DNA of 64,000 nucleotides from Azolla caroliniana (GCA_043228905.1 JBHGNT010000013.1:19468001-19532000); one strand, 5' to 3'; numbered from the stretch's first letter, positions 1 to 13,050 are shown. The notes: a model not told the origin generated them from the letters alone. Made by a program: numbers and translations.

Positions 1-684
1 TTGATTGACCCAAGGGAGTCACACAACTCCATGATCTTCAAGGTGTAGTTCGCGATTGAGATATCCCTTTGTTGGATACTGTTCAACTCTTGTTGGAGTT
101 GAAGTTTTCGTGTTGTTGTGTTCGCGGCAAATATCTTTTTGAGGTTCCCCCACACCTCCTTCAGCTTTTTGCCCTCTCAGATGTAGCCGAGCATGTGATC
201 ATGAACGCATGATGCAAGGCAGTACATCAAGCGAGTCGTCGCTTGTTCCCAAGCTGGGTGGTCGGCATGTGCCGGGTTAGGTTGATTTTCTTGTACTCCC
301 AAGATGCAAAGTTATTTTTGTCAAGTTTCTCGGTAAGAAGAGTGTTCCCCATCTGAGTATTCATGGTAATCGATTTGTATGGAGTGATTTTTCTTCTTCT
401 TCTTCTTCTTTGATACAAACTGTGCAGATTGTTGCTACAACGGTCAACCGGTTCCTCGTGCACGTCGGCGTATATACAACACACGTGGATGAGCTTGGAT
501 TAAGCTACCAATCACTCTAATACCATGTAAAGAATCGAATATGATTTTGTGAAGAGGAAGGTGTGTGTATGTGTGTGTCGACACACACACACATAGAAAA
601 CATAGACTTATGCAAAAAACTAGAGAACTATATTAACAACAAAATAAGATAACCAACGATTACAAAGAGGAGGTTCAAAAGGTG
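1..684 (-). mobile_element. Older Ty1/copia element: decayed gag start, PBS and the start of its 5' LTR (LTR interrupted by the nested copia; continues after 5774)
   Basis: The minus-strand translation MGNTLLTEKLDKNNFASWEYK is a typical copia gag N-terminus. A PBS-like TGGTATTAGAG (515-525, minus) abuts the LTR edge TGTAAAGAAT at 526. An LTR subrepeat (aataagataaccaacNattacaaagaggagg) occurs both at ~642 and at ~5818, on either side of the nested element. Confidence 0.75.
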
Positions 685-1084
685 GGTAAAAGAATACGTG
701 TGTGGAAGCGTATGCAAAAGACACAGAGTACACGGTTTGGAAGTGCGACAGTTCGGTAAAACACAGAAATCACAGAGAAGGAGAGGGAGAGACAAAGAGA
801 CCAGAAAATGAAACTATATTAAAAAATAATTCTCTGTTTGTTCTCTATACATACTTTGTGCTTAGTGAGCACCTTTTATACAAGCCATGACTATTGGGCT
901 AACACAAATACTTACAGTACTTGACTGCTCATAAATGAGCATCCTACACTTACGCCCAAAATTATTCCTTTGCGAGGAATAACATTCTAACGGCCTCTCG
1001 GTTTGCACACAGTTTTATGCACCCAGTCTACGCACTGGGTTACGCACCCGTTTACGCATCCAATGTTGAGCTTGTCTCTCAACA
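685..1084 (-). repeat. 3' LTR of copia element
   Basis: Direct repeat of 5369-5769. It starts GG (TG in the other copy) and ends ...CTCTCAACA. Confidence 0.93.
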
Positions 1085-1096
1085 CTCCCCCTCAAG
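1085..1096 (-). other. Polypurine tract (PPT)
   Basis: CTTGAGGGGGAG on the minus strand, immediately before the 3' LTR. Confidence 0.85.
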
Positions 1097-1403
1097 CTCA
1101 ACTTGAGGTTCCATCAGCTTTTCCGGATATTCACTCCGGCCTCTCCTGGCTTCACACCTCGCTCGCGCTCCTTGACCCGTTCGATTCTGCGCACCCCGAT
1201 AGGCCCTTGACAACATCAAACCACATCTTGGTCTTGGCCTTTACGCCCTTCTTGGCTGTATTTCCCCTTTGTTCAGCTGTCTTCGGCTCTTCCTTGCGAT
1301 TATGGACCATGTTTCCTTCTTCGGCTTCTTCAGTCGGCCCGAAATCGAATTCTTCATCCGTCTCGGCATCACGGTTACTACCGCTCCTTTCATGCTCCTA
1401 TTC

Positions 1404-4400
1404 CTATTTCCCTCTCAAGTTTAGTGTGTCGAGGTGACACAAACCCAGCTCACCCAAGAAATGCCGCAACTTGTCGAGATCAAGGGACTTGGTGAAGATG
1501 TTGGCAATCTTCCGACACGTGGGAACATCCACTAGTTCGACTTCACCAGAAAGGACACACTCGCGGACAAAATGGTAGTGCACCTCAATGTGCTTGGTCC
1601 AGGCGTGGGTTGGGTGTAGGTTGTGACATAAACTGACTGATCAAGCCAACCGGGTAACTGAGATCCGGCCGTGTAATCGTCAAATAGATTAGGCTTCCGA
1701 CAATCTGTCGGAACTGTGTCGTGTCGCATGCCTTCCCTGACTCTCGGCGAAGCTTTACATTTCTATCCAGAGGGGTCGAGATGGGCTTACAATCTGCCAT
1801 CCCGAACTTGAAGAGCATATTCAGTGCGTAATGACGTTGACTAATCAATATGCATTCGGGGGAATGGATCACTTCGATCCCAAGGAAGTAATGAAGGTCT
1901 CCAAGATCCTTCATTTCGAATGATGCCGCAAGTTACGACTTGACGCAGCCGATTTCTTCCAGGTCGGCACCGACGACGACTAAATCGTCAACATACAGTA
2001 GAAGGCTAACCAGTCCATGTTTACCTTGCCGAATAAATAATGAAGAGTCTAACTTGGACGTTGTGAACCCCATCCTACACAACCGTTGCGTAATCTTCGC
2101 ATTCCAAGCTCGCGGGGCTTGCTTAAGTCCGTATAAAGACTTCTTCAATCGGCAAACTGCCGAAGTGTTCTATTCGGATAGAAATCCGGGGGGTTGTACC
2201 ATGTACACCTGTTCCTCAAGATCACCTTGCAGGAACGCATTTTTTACATCCATCTGATGTAAGTGCCACCCCTTCACCGCTGCTAAGGCTAACAAAATGC
2301 GCATCGTGGTCATCTTCGTGACCGGCGCGAACGTCTCGTCGTAATCAACATCGTGCTTCTGTGCATAGCCTTTCGCAACCAAACGAGCCTTATATCGATT
2401 GATGGAGCCGTCGGTGTTGTATTTCACCTTATACACCCATCTACATCCGATCAGCTTTACACCCTTCGGTGTGTCAACTAGGTCCCAAGTCTCATTGTCC
2501 ATTAAAGTACGCATCTCTTCCTCCATCACGGCACACCAATTCACATCTCCCACCGCTTCAGCGTAGCTCTCCGGCTCACGCACTTCCACCACGCACGTCA
2601 TGTACACATAATGATGCGCCATGTACTCATTATACCCATATCTTTTTACGGGGTTCTTCAAACGGGTAGATCGGCATAATTCGTGATTACCCGATTTCCC
2701 GACCTTTTCTATCGATTTCAACCTCTTCCGCGGAGGTTCCTTCTTGATTGGCCCGACGTCAAAATTCACTCTGATCTGACTCGGCACTACCGAAATCGTA
2801 TTCCAACATTTTCTTCTTCCCTTTTTCTTTACGCGTAAACCGTCTCCTCGATTCTTTACGCAAGGACAACACGACCGAGTCTCCACTACTCGACGGTTCT
2901 TCATTTGGTTGGTCATCTCGGCCCCACCCCCCATTCGGCCTACTTAGCCGAAATGAGATCAAACTCTCTGTTAGAGCTCCAATTTCCTCATCTTGTGGAG
3001 GCAGCTCGTCCTCGCTAACCTCTTCTTCAGAATTCGGAATGGAGTCATGAGGTATTGGAGGTGAAGGCAAGTACCATGAAGCGGACTCGTCGAACACGAC
3101 ATCTCGGCTTACGCGAACTTCCTTTGTTCAGGGTTTATAGCACTTATACCTTTTCTGCTCGTCTGAATAGCTGACCAAGATACACTTCTCGGCTTTGGCA
3201 TCCAGCTTCCTTCGTTTCTCCTTCAGCACATTCATGTACGCGATGCTGCCGAAAATCCTCAAGTGTGCCCGAACTCATGTGGCGACACTCCTCCATTAGC
3301 AAAAATCTGATTTTGTAAGTAAACAGCCGTCCTCACGGCTTAAGCCTAGTAAAACTTCGGCATATGGTTCTCTTCAAGCATTGCCCTGGCCGCTTCTTCG
3401 ATTGTCCTATTTTTCCGCTCAACTACGTTGTTCTGCTCCGGCGAATATCTACATGAGAATTCGCGTCGAATTCCTTCCTTCTGTAGATAACTTGTCAACC
3501 AGTCAAAGAAGTACTACTTCCCGCTATGAGACCATAGGCATTTGATTTTACGCCATGTTTCCCTTTCTGCAAGGTTCTTTACCTTCAGGAAACATGTGAA
3601 GACTTCGCTCTTCTTCGCGATTGTACATGCCCAGGTATGCCGAGTGAAGTCATCGATGAAGGTTACAAAGTAACGGCTACCATCGAAACTCACGTTTTGT
3701 GCCGGTCCTCATAGATCCGAATAGATTAAGTCGATCAGATTTCGACTCCGATTACGCTCATTGGGGAATGGAAGTCGGTGTTGCTTCCCGAGTTGGCAGG
3801 CTTCGCAGACTTGGCCATTCCGGCCACGAAATTTCGGCAAACCGAAAACAATGTTCTTCGTCTACATTTCACAAAGCTGTAGAAAGTTAATGTGGCCAAA
3901 CCGCTTGTGCCACAAGTCAATATCCGATTCGACCTTCTGTCCTTTCGCGAACAACGGGGTTCCGGCTTGGTTGGTGTCGAGGATGAACATCCTCCCTTCA
4001 CGATGCCCTTGCGCGATGACTTGGCCTTCCTCTTCGATGTAGCACCCGAGGTGCGTGAATCGAACTTGCAACCCCTGGTCGACAATGTGACCGACCGACA
4101 CCAGGTTCTTGGTTATTGTCGGGACGTGCAACACGTTCATGAGTTTCCCTTTCTGCCCGACGTGGCTAAGGGGAACTTTGCCGACGTGTTCGATGGTATG
4201 TAAAGTGTTGTCTCCCGTTTCGACCACTCCTTGTTTTTCTAGTTTCTCCAAGTACGAGAACCATTCCTCATGACTCGTCATATGATTTGATGCTCTGGAA
4301 TCAACATACCACACCTCGCTCAATTTCGAGGTGTTCACGGCCATCGAATTGGCCTTGTGCTTCATTACGAAAGTTGGGCCCGATCCATTTCCAGCTCGTT

Positions 4401-5254
4401 CGGAGCCTTCGACGTAGTGCGATTTCTAACGCCTTCCTGCGTCTCTTCCACTCGATCTAGTTTTGTCCGAATCGGCTCTCTTCTTCCAGCACTCGCTCTC
4501 CCTATGGCCTTTCTTGCCACAGTACCATCATTCATTCGCGGCCTTCTCTTGCCGGCTTCCGTTGCCATTATGACTCCCCCTACTTCTGGAGGGTTTGGAA
4601 TTTCTTTCAACATTTCGATTATGCCACACGTTCTGCTTTTTTCGGCCACCTCCACTACGCGCCGATCCGTCTCGTCCACCACGACCACGGGGCCTGTCTT
4701 CCTCCGTGTACAGCATCCTACCGTCGGCGTGCATACGTGTCGACACACTCGAGTGATTTTCCTCCACAAGCAACATTGACTGAAGCTCGAAGAACGAAGG
4801 CGTATTCTTCCTTATGCAGACTGCTGTTCGGAATGCTCCGAACTTTGACGCTAACCCTCCAAGACAAAGCTGCATCATTTCATCTTCCTCGACGTTCAGG
4901 CCACATACAGATCTTTCTATCGGACATTGTTGAGCTCCTGCCTGAGCTGCAACTTCCTGGTCGTTGTGCTAGCGGCGAAAATCCCCTTGAGATTCGCCCA
5001 CACGTCCTTTGGCGTCTTAGCATCTCAAATGTAGCTCAGGAGCTAGTCACTCACACAGGATGCGAAGTAGTAAAGAACTCTGCTTGCCGCTTGTTCCCAA
5101 GACGAAAAATCTCTTTGTGTCGATTCGGGTGTTGTATCATTAGCTCCTTCGACATAACTCCAGTAACCATTACCAAGCAGATATTGGTGCATCTTGTACG
5201 ACCAAGATGTGTAGTTGCTCCTGTCGAGCTTCTCAATTGGTAGTGATCTCCCAT
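1404..5254 (-). pseudogene. Copia gag-pol polyprotein, frameshifted and internally deleted
   Basis: ORF fragments 4528-4878, 3862-4365, 2759-3097, 2170-2934, 1933-2148 and 1585-1914 carry gag/PR/INT/RT motifs in different frames. A deletion near 1610 joins SQFMSQPT directly to the RNase H C-terminus. Confidence 0.9.
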
Positions 5255-5356
5255 TCCTCTGTCAATATTGTTGTCTTATCCTTTTCGAAAACTACAGCTT
5301 AACTCTGTCTTTATCACAAACTTTTCTGTCGGCTGCAGAGGAGTCTCATACCTCAC

Positions 5357-5368
5357 GCTCTGATACCA
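5357..5368 (-). other. Primer binding site, tRNA-iMet type
   Basis: TGGTATCAGAGC on the minus strand directly after the 5' LTR. Confidence 0.92.
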
Positions 5369-5769
5369 TGTAAAAGAATACGTGTGTGGAAGTGTATGCG
5401 AAAGACACGGACAGAGTACACGGTTCGGAAGTATGACAGTTCGGTAAAATGCAGAAATCACAGAGAAGGAGAGGGAGAGACAAAGAGAGCAGAAAACAAA
5501 ACTATATTAAAAAATAATTCTTTGTATGTTCTCTGTATATACTTCGTGCTCAGTGAGCACCTTTTATACAAGCCCTGACTATTGGGCTAACACAAGTACT
5601 TACAGTACTTGACCACTAATAAATGAGCATCCTACACTTACTCACAAAATTATTCCCTTACAAGGAATAACATTATAACGGCCTCTCGGTTTACACACGT
5701 TACGACCATATTGTGCACACGGTTTTACGCACCTATTTACGCACCCAATGTTGAGCTTGTCTCTCAACA
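5369..5769 (-). repeat. 5' LTR of copia element
   Basis: TGTAAAAGAATAC...CTCTCAACA, a direct repeat of 685-1084. Confidence 0.93.
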
Positions 5770-6069
5770 AGGTGCTTATGTAGTGACCACCTTCTCTCTA
5801 TACTGTATTAACAAGAGAATAAGATAACCAACTATTACAAAGAGGAGGAGAAGTTGTTTATGTAATCACCTTGACAATATGTTCTCTCACTACAACCACC
5901 ACTTGGAAAGGAGGTGGAGACTTAACGACCTACTAGATATGTGTCATGGAACAACTAAAGTTCTATGACACACTAGTTACTATACTAGGAGTTGTGGTGT
6001 TCGCACACTTGAGTATACTAAAGTGTGTTCCCACACTAGGGAAGTTGAGTTAGGGATCCAAGATTGGAC

Positions 6070-6353
6070 TAGGAATCGACAATGATTTGGTTTTGGCTTA
6101 ACTAGTTACGCCTTAACCAATTTGGGAGTTTTCAAACTTGAACCGAACCAGTTCCTAAACCGGTTTAGTTCGGTTTAGGAATTGATTATGTTTTAACCGG
6201 TTTGAGGATTGGTTTGACAATATGGTTTGGTTCAACTCGAGCTCGAATCGGTTAAGGAAGCTCAAGCCTGAACCGAGCCACCAAATAACCAAATCGTTAA
6301 AAAACAGTTGAACATATCGGTTCAAGCTTGAGACGACCCATTGTTGACTCTTA
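6070..6353. mobile_element. hAT-type MITE, family A, older copy (284 bp)
   Basis: Termini TAGGAATCGACAA / TTGTTGACTCTTA. It has the same length as 12767-13050 and is its reverse-complement homologue, with many AACCG/CGGTT subterminal motifs. The TSD is degenerate (GATTGGAC/GATTCAAG). Confidence 0.7.
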
Positions 6354-7499
6354 GATTCAAGTTACAAACACACACTATGTTTGATTTAGTCAACCTCACA
6401 ATGAGTTAGAAAAAGGAAACCTAATATAGTGAGGAGAAGACATCTAAAATGAAATGTTGGCACACACTCTACAAACAAAACCAATCATAGTGAGGCATCA
6501 ATTCAACAAAAAACTCTTATGGATGCCGCTACAACATACATCAAGAATAAACACACCAAACCAAGAAGACGAAGATTACAATTATTTCTAGATGTTGTGG
6601 TGTGGCAAGTGTGAAGAGCATAGAAAAATGAAGTTTTATGTTAGGTCAAAATCCTAGTCAGTCAAAACAAGAACAAAAAGAAAGAAGAAAAATAAAAGGA
6701 AGACAAAAAACCGCTCAAATGATAAGAGGTAGGTGGAAATTTGGTAAAGTGAGATCATCATATTTTTATCTAGCAAGAGACCACCTAAACACTACACAAT
6801 GAGCAAGAGAGCTCATTATCATGTTCACAAGGTTGGCAATCGAACGCCTAAGCTTCAACAACAAAAAACCAATGTAGGGTAGTGAATCAAGAGGGCCCAT
6901 GGGAGACCTACAATGACCAAGGAGATATTGTCATGGTGTGAAATGTGCACAGGGATTAAAGCGTTCGTCAAAGACGTAGCTATCTACTAATGAAATGAAA
7001 CTAAAAACTTCTCCTTTACCTAGTACCATTGGTTTTGGTCATTCTCTTATTTGCATGTTAGATAGATACATTGTAATCAATAAAGCATATTATGAGAGAA
7101 ATATATGTTTTAAGCTAAAACTTAGATTTATGCACTTTGTGTGGGGTAATGTACGCATAGTCAATGAATCTCCTCGCTAGTGCCCGATGTGTGTATGGTA
7201 AAGAACTGGAGTCTACTAACATGAATATGGTTTTGTAGTTGGAGTAAGTTAAATGCAATATAACATGTGAAACTGCGATGTGAGCCTATACATCTCTCCA
7301 AACTCATGACGCATCGGTTTTTCTTTTCTTTTTTCAAGAAAGATACACCTTAGTATATTACTTGAGAAATGTATACATAGAAAACAAAAGGAGACATTTC
7401 ATCTCACCTCTATTGTAAGACAAAAGCTACTACCAACATCTAATCAAACAGATGATATGATATAAGAAACGAATGGAGCACAATCTACAAGCTATGCGA

Positions 7500-10400
7500 T
7501 AAAAAAGAAGGTATGTACCAAAAGTTGTATCTGAAAATAAGTGAAGCCCTCGCCACTGTTTTTTAAAGTCCACTTGACATTGCCTTTGAGCATCAGTTGA
7601 ATCTTGCAGATCATCATATTGCCCACGTATGGTATGGACAAATAACAGCTATAATTCAATAAGCATAGTACTGAGATGTATGTGAGCATTATTAAAAACA
7701 ACCTCACATCTCATTTTCCATATTGTCCAAAGAGCTAATGACGTAATAGTACGCCAAATAACCAAATTTTCAGTTCTAAACCGTGGAATAAAAGATGGAA
7801 AGGAAGTGAGATAGATGTACCCATTGGAAAAGTGAAAGACATGAGAGCATGCATACTTTCATAGTTCATAACGTCTCCATGAAGGACACCCCATAATACT
7901 GCACCCCACGAGAAAATAGAACGAGAATAATGGTGACTCAATAATAAAAACAACAAGTTATTCCAGAATTGCTTGATTTTGGGACATAACCAAAACAAAT
8001 GCAAAATAGATTCTGTAGATGTACCACAATGCATTCCACAAGCATATTGTTGATTTTGCCTCAACCAATCACCAAAAGAAAGAGCATAATGCATCAACAA
8101 CCACCGAAAACAAATCACTTTTTTCGGTAACTGCATAGTCCACAACCATTTCCAAAAGTTTGTAAGTTGCAATGCATTCACATTATTTGTAGTCCAATGC
8201 CCCATGGTAGTAGGGCATTTATACTTTGAATTTCTACCTAGCTTAACTGAATACTAGAAGAACTCCAAATGTTTACCATTTCCACTAACATTCGTTTTTT
8301 TCCATTGATAATCAGTTGGATCCCAATCCAAATTATAAAGCAACTTTTTTTGAAAAACCCACAATGAACAACACCATCTTTTTCCAGATCTTGCAATTAC
8401 TTGAATCACTGAAACATTGGCGGACATCCACACATCCGATTCAGAAAACACATGCCACAACTTACCATCATCATCCACATTAAAGTATATTACATCACTC
8501 GTAGTGTTGATTACTTTAGGTCCTAAAATAACTTTTAAAGGAGAGAAATAACCAAACCAAATATTATTGCTAGTGGGGGACCATGAAGCCATAAATTGTC
8601 CCAATGCCACTTGCATATCATTGCACATAATAACACTTCCTCGAACTGAAAGCCTCGACAAAGATTGTAACGGTTGATTCATAACATAGCATCCACATCA
8701 TAGAACATTACCTGCTATTGATGCATCCACAGAAACCCAATTCAATCGAGGACGTCTACCAAGCAGAAAACCCCTTGAATTTGAAAAGAGAAAGTTCCAA
8801 GTCAAGGGTCGTCTCAACAAGTCATCCATTGTCGAAGGCACCTTCCAAACTAGAAACTTTTTAACACCTGACCAACTTGTGAGAATTCCATTCAAAAACC
8901 TATCTTCTGATAAGGTTGTTTTAAACAAATGAAAATTCTAGATAAAGCCCCATCTTAATGATGGTTGCCACTTTCCTCCTGTTGTCGGGCACATAGTAGA
9001 CGACCTATGCATCATCAACCGACTCCAAACACCTTGCATTGGCAACATAGCTCTACACACAAATTTAGAAAGCAAAGCCTTACATTGTGCTTCTGGATCC
9101 ACCATCCCCAACCCACGATTTTGTCGCGGAGCAATCAATACTGCCCAAGCTACTTTAGGCCTTTTACCTTGACCTATTTTTCCTCCCCAAATGTAATTAT
9201 GAATGAGGCATTGCACCTGTAAAATACATGATCTAGCAAACAATTTAGTTGAAGCAATATACCAAATAGTAGCTAAAAGAACTTGGTTAGCTATAAGTAC
9301 ACGACCTGCAAGTGACAGGTTAACCGAATCCCAAAGCAACAATTTTCTCCTTAATTTTACAAGTAGAGGAGCAACTAACATATCTGCAGTAACATGAAGT
9401 CCCACTTGGCAGCCTAAGTAATGAGCAGTGGTTCCATTAGGAGGCCACTTGAATTCCTGTGAAAGCATTCAAGTAGGCAAGGAATTTTGAGATACCCAAA
9501 AACCAAGAGATTTATGCCAATTTATCTTTGCTCCAGAGGCCAAATAGAATTCCTCCACTACTTCTTGCAATTTACTTAAATTATCATCATTACCTTGAAC
9601 ATAAATTGCAGTATCATCTGCAAATTCTGCATCCAACAATTGTTGTTGGATGGCAGGCAAAGGCAAACCCTTTAGAGAAACTTGAGAAGAATTTAAATAC
9701 ATTGAGAATGTTTCCATTACCAGCAAAAACAAGAATGGGGCCAATGGACAACCTTGACATACAACACGCGAAATAGAAAATTTTCTAGTTTGCCCACCGA
9801 AGACCAAGACTAAACTAAAGACCTCACAATACAAGGAAGCTACAGCCCTAATCCATTGAGCAGGAAAACCTAATCTCAAAAACGAACCTTCCATGAAGTC
9901 CCAATCAACTCTATCATATGCCTTCTCAAAATCTAATAAAAGTACCGCAAGATCTTCTTTATTCTTCATTGCCATTCTTGTTAATTCCCGAAACAGAAAA
10001 ATCATTGTCAAAAATACTACGTTCTTGCATAAATCCCATTTGTGAATCATGCACAATCTTTGGAAGAAAAGGTTGTAATCTCAAGGCCAATAACTTAGCA
10101 TAAATTTTGTAAATTGTATTCAATAAAGTAATGGGCCGCCAACCCTTCACCTCATCCATAACAACATCACCTTTTGGAATGAGGCATATTAATCTCTCTT
10201 TCCACTTTTGTGGCATAATACCTATATCGAACATTTCTTGAAATGCTGCTAGTAGATCATCAGCAATCAAATCCCAATATGTAATGAAAAAATCTCTTCC
10301 CATTCCATCTACTCCTGGGGACACATCTGGCCCAACACCTTTAATAGCTTGTAATATTTTAGAGGAAAATGGACGAAGAAGCTGAAGCGATATCCGAGAT

Positions 10401-11446
10401 GTTAGCTTAACCGTAGTAGTAGCCCATACTTTTTGGCGCATCTATAGAGTTTCAACACTTGGAGTATCTACTGATAACAACGACTCATGATAGGTGGCTA
10501 CAATATGCCTCATTTCATCTCTATCCATTGTAACTATGCCATCAAATATTTTCAACTGTACAATCTGAATTTTATTTCTTTTGGGCATAACTTGTTGGAA
10601 TTGTTTTTTTGACATGGTGTCACCTTTTGCACACCATCTTGTTGCAAATGCTTGAAGAAAGAATTGAGCACATTTTTACTGCAAAGAAGAAATAAGCATC
10701 ATAGCATTCTATAATTCACAATGAATATATTGAGAATGAGGTTGTTTTTCTTGCAAAATTTGAAGAGAAGTCAAACCTCTCATAGCATTCAACAAATTTC
10801 TAATGTAACTACTTTGTTTTATCTTAACTTGTTGTATAAAGAAGTTGGAAATTGCGAGAAGAGCATTCTGTATTTTTTGATAATTAGAATCCCCTACAGC
10901 CATTCTCCAAAGTGACAACACTATATTCTGCAAATTCATATCGTCAACAATAAACCTTGGCACATACAATCGAGAAATAGAAGTATGGTTGTCCATACAG
11001 AATTTGAGCATAATCGGGGCCTAATCAGAGAACGAAGTGCCCAATATAATACCCACATATCCTCCACGATTCCAAAAGAAAGAATCTGCATAAAACCTAT
11101 CTATTGTCGACAAATTGAGAGCGGCACTTCTTCGATTGGAACGTCAATAAAACAAGGAATCAAGCATGCGAGAGATTTAAGTAGGAATATGCCACAAATC
11201 AGTAACTTCATATTTGAAAATTAATTTCTCCCACTCACGCAATTCCATACCCGAGATAGTAGCAGAAGATCCACCTAATCTATCAATAGGGCTTTCGATC
11301 ATGTTCCAATCACCACACATACACCAATGTTGTGCCATAGGAAGATCTTGCAATAACTTATTCCACAATTGAATTCTTCCAGTAGCAGAATTCGGAGCAT
11401 ATACATTCAAAAAACCAATCAATTTTCCAGAAATAAGAATAAGCAT
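7500..11446 (-). pseudogene. LINE ORF2 (APE endonuclease, reverse transcriptase, zf-RVT), fragmented
   Basis: ORF fragments 11177-11446, 9959-10441, 9469-10056, 8938-9468, 8698-8928, 8254-8682 and 7735-8205. The endonuclease N-terminal motifs are not seen, suggesting an internal deletion at the ORF1/ORF2 junction. Confidence 0.85.
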
Positions 11447-12312
11447 ATACTTTTTCCCTTACCCACTTTATCAAACGATGTATCGAAACCCTTTACTTGT
11501 TGAGTTTCATGAGGCAACAATGTAGTGACAACACAATTATTTTGCTTATTCATAGCTGCAATAGGCTTCCCATGGGCAGTCAAACTATCTTTTGCCAAAT
11601 GACCAATTTTTTTATAAGAAAAACACTGGTTGGGCAAACCAAAGTAAAGCACTTTCTGAATTTTTTGAAACATATTACCTTGCAGTTTTGGAAGACGAAT
11701 CCAATTAGGTAACACTGCATCTTTTTTCAAAGTAGCTTGATAGACGGAGCTCCTCCTTTTTCTACAATGTCCCTAAATGTAGATGAGTTAACATGTAGAA
11801 CTCTACCGATTGTTCCCCGATTTTGTGAAGAACCTCCCTCCACTCCTTATCTAGGCCTAGAAAAACAGCAATACATGTAAAGTATCTCGTTGGCTCCACA
11901 TGTAGGACTGTTGTATCAAAACCATGGGTCCATGGGAAAAAAAGAACCCATGCACCTGAGATGTCTACAAAGTGAATGGAATGGAGATTGTGAATAGAAG
12001 AATGATCTTCAAACTCCAATTGATAGCAACTTCGGCACATCAATTGTATATCAATAATCTTATCTAGTTTCTCCTTTAATGTTGCCTGGAGAAGATGACG
12101 AAGATCCCCTCTACTCGGTCGTTTTCCCAAGACTTGGGCAACAACCGAGCACTACTCAATCATTTAACTTCATTGAGGACAATGAGCTCGTCTTCTGGTG
12201 CCAATTGGACATCAATAGTACCGTCAATCGTAGGAGAAGCAGGAGCCGATTCACTGGATCGCTCCTTGGGTGTTGACGAAGATGGTGTATACATAAACTC
12301 TCTTCTTGTCAT
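11419..12312 (-). pseudogene. LINE ORF1 (DUF4283-like plus degenerate zinc knuckle)
   Basis: Fragments 11762-12130 and 11419-11730 (YFGLPNQCFSYKKIGHLAKD). The probable ATG is at 12312. Confidence 0.7.
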
Positions 12313-12766
12313 GAGTTTGTGATTCCCTATTTCCTAATTAATCGTTCTCTTTTCCCTTCCAATTCCTTCTCCTTCATTTTCCCCAACCAAAACCACTACT
12401 AATTTCTTCTACTTCTACTTCTTACACGAGTTGTGATGGATAAAAGAGTTAATCTAGATAGAAATCAAACTTGTTAGAAGAGATGTTGCAGCGCAGCAAA
12501 ACGAATTTGCAGCCCAATAGTTGCCTTCCTTCCTCTGTTGTGAAGGCCGTGAAGCTCAGAGAAAGGAGAGAGTCGCCGAATAAGGTCACGTGGGTTTGAT
12601 GCAAAGGGATGTTGACAGAAGAACAACCATGACTAAAGAGTTCATTACTACTTCGTTTACAATCATGACGCATCGGTTTTGTGAAACATGCTCAAAATCA
12701 ATGAGGAATTTATTGGTTCATTATGAAGCAAGTGTAATGCTTGGTCCCATCTTCCAAACCATTCAT

Positions 12767-13050
12767 TAGGAATCGGCAACGACTCGGCTCAAGTCTAAAC
12801 CGAACTGTTAAACCGTTTAATACGATTTGGCAATTTCACAGTTCGGTAGGCTTGAGCTGCTTTAACCAGTTTGGGATAGCTCAAGCCAAACTTGTTTCCA
12901 AACTGATTAAGGATTAACTAGGTTGGCTAAACCGGTATAGGAACTAGTTCGATTCAGGTTTGGAAACTCCCAAACCGGTTTAGGATTAACTGGTTTGGTA
13001 TGGACAAGGCCAAACCGATTAAGCCGAAACAGAACCGTTGTCGATTCCTA
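12767..13050. mobile_element. hAT-type MITE, family A (284 bp)
   Basis: TIR TAGGAATCGGCAACG / CGTTGTCGATTCCTA, with an 8-bp TSD CCATTCAT (12759-12766) / CCATTTAT (13051-13058). Confidence 0.85.

Larger units (their letters stand above)
685..5769 (-). mobile_element. Full-length but defective Ty1/copia LTR retrotransposon
   Basis: Two ~400-bp LTRs (685-1084, 5369-5769) with a 5-bp TSD AGGTG at 680-684 and 5770-5774. PBS and PPT are present. Minus-strand domain order is gag, protease (WYVDSRASNHM), GAG-pre-integrase (LWHKRFGH), integrase, RT ([24 protein letters not shown]) and RNase H end (TKHIEVHYHFVRE). Confidence 0.95.
7322..12662 (-). mobile_element. L1/Tx1-like LINE retrotransposon, near full length, decayed
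   Basis: TSD TCATGACGCATCGG(TTTT) at 7304-7321 and 12663-12680, with an A-rich tail at 7318-7334 (minus). ORF1 is DUF4283-like with a degenerate Zn knuckle. ORF2 has endonuclease (NVYAPN, GDWN), RT (LDFEKAYDRV, QGCPLAP, FADD) and zf-RVT motifs. Confidence 0.93.

Noticed and set aside
6070-13050. A single 7-kb DNA transposon defined by the outermost TIRs
   Set aside because: The outer flanks (GATTGGAC vs CCATTTAT) do not match, and the right copy has its own TSD. These are two separate MITEs.
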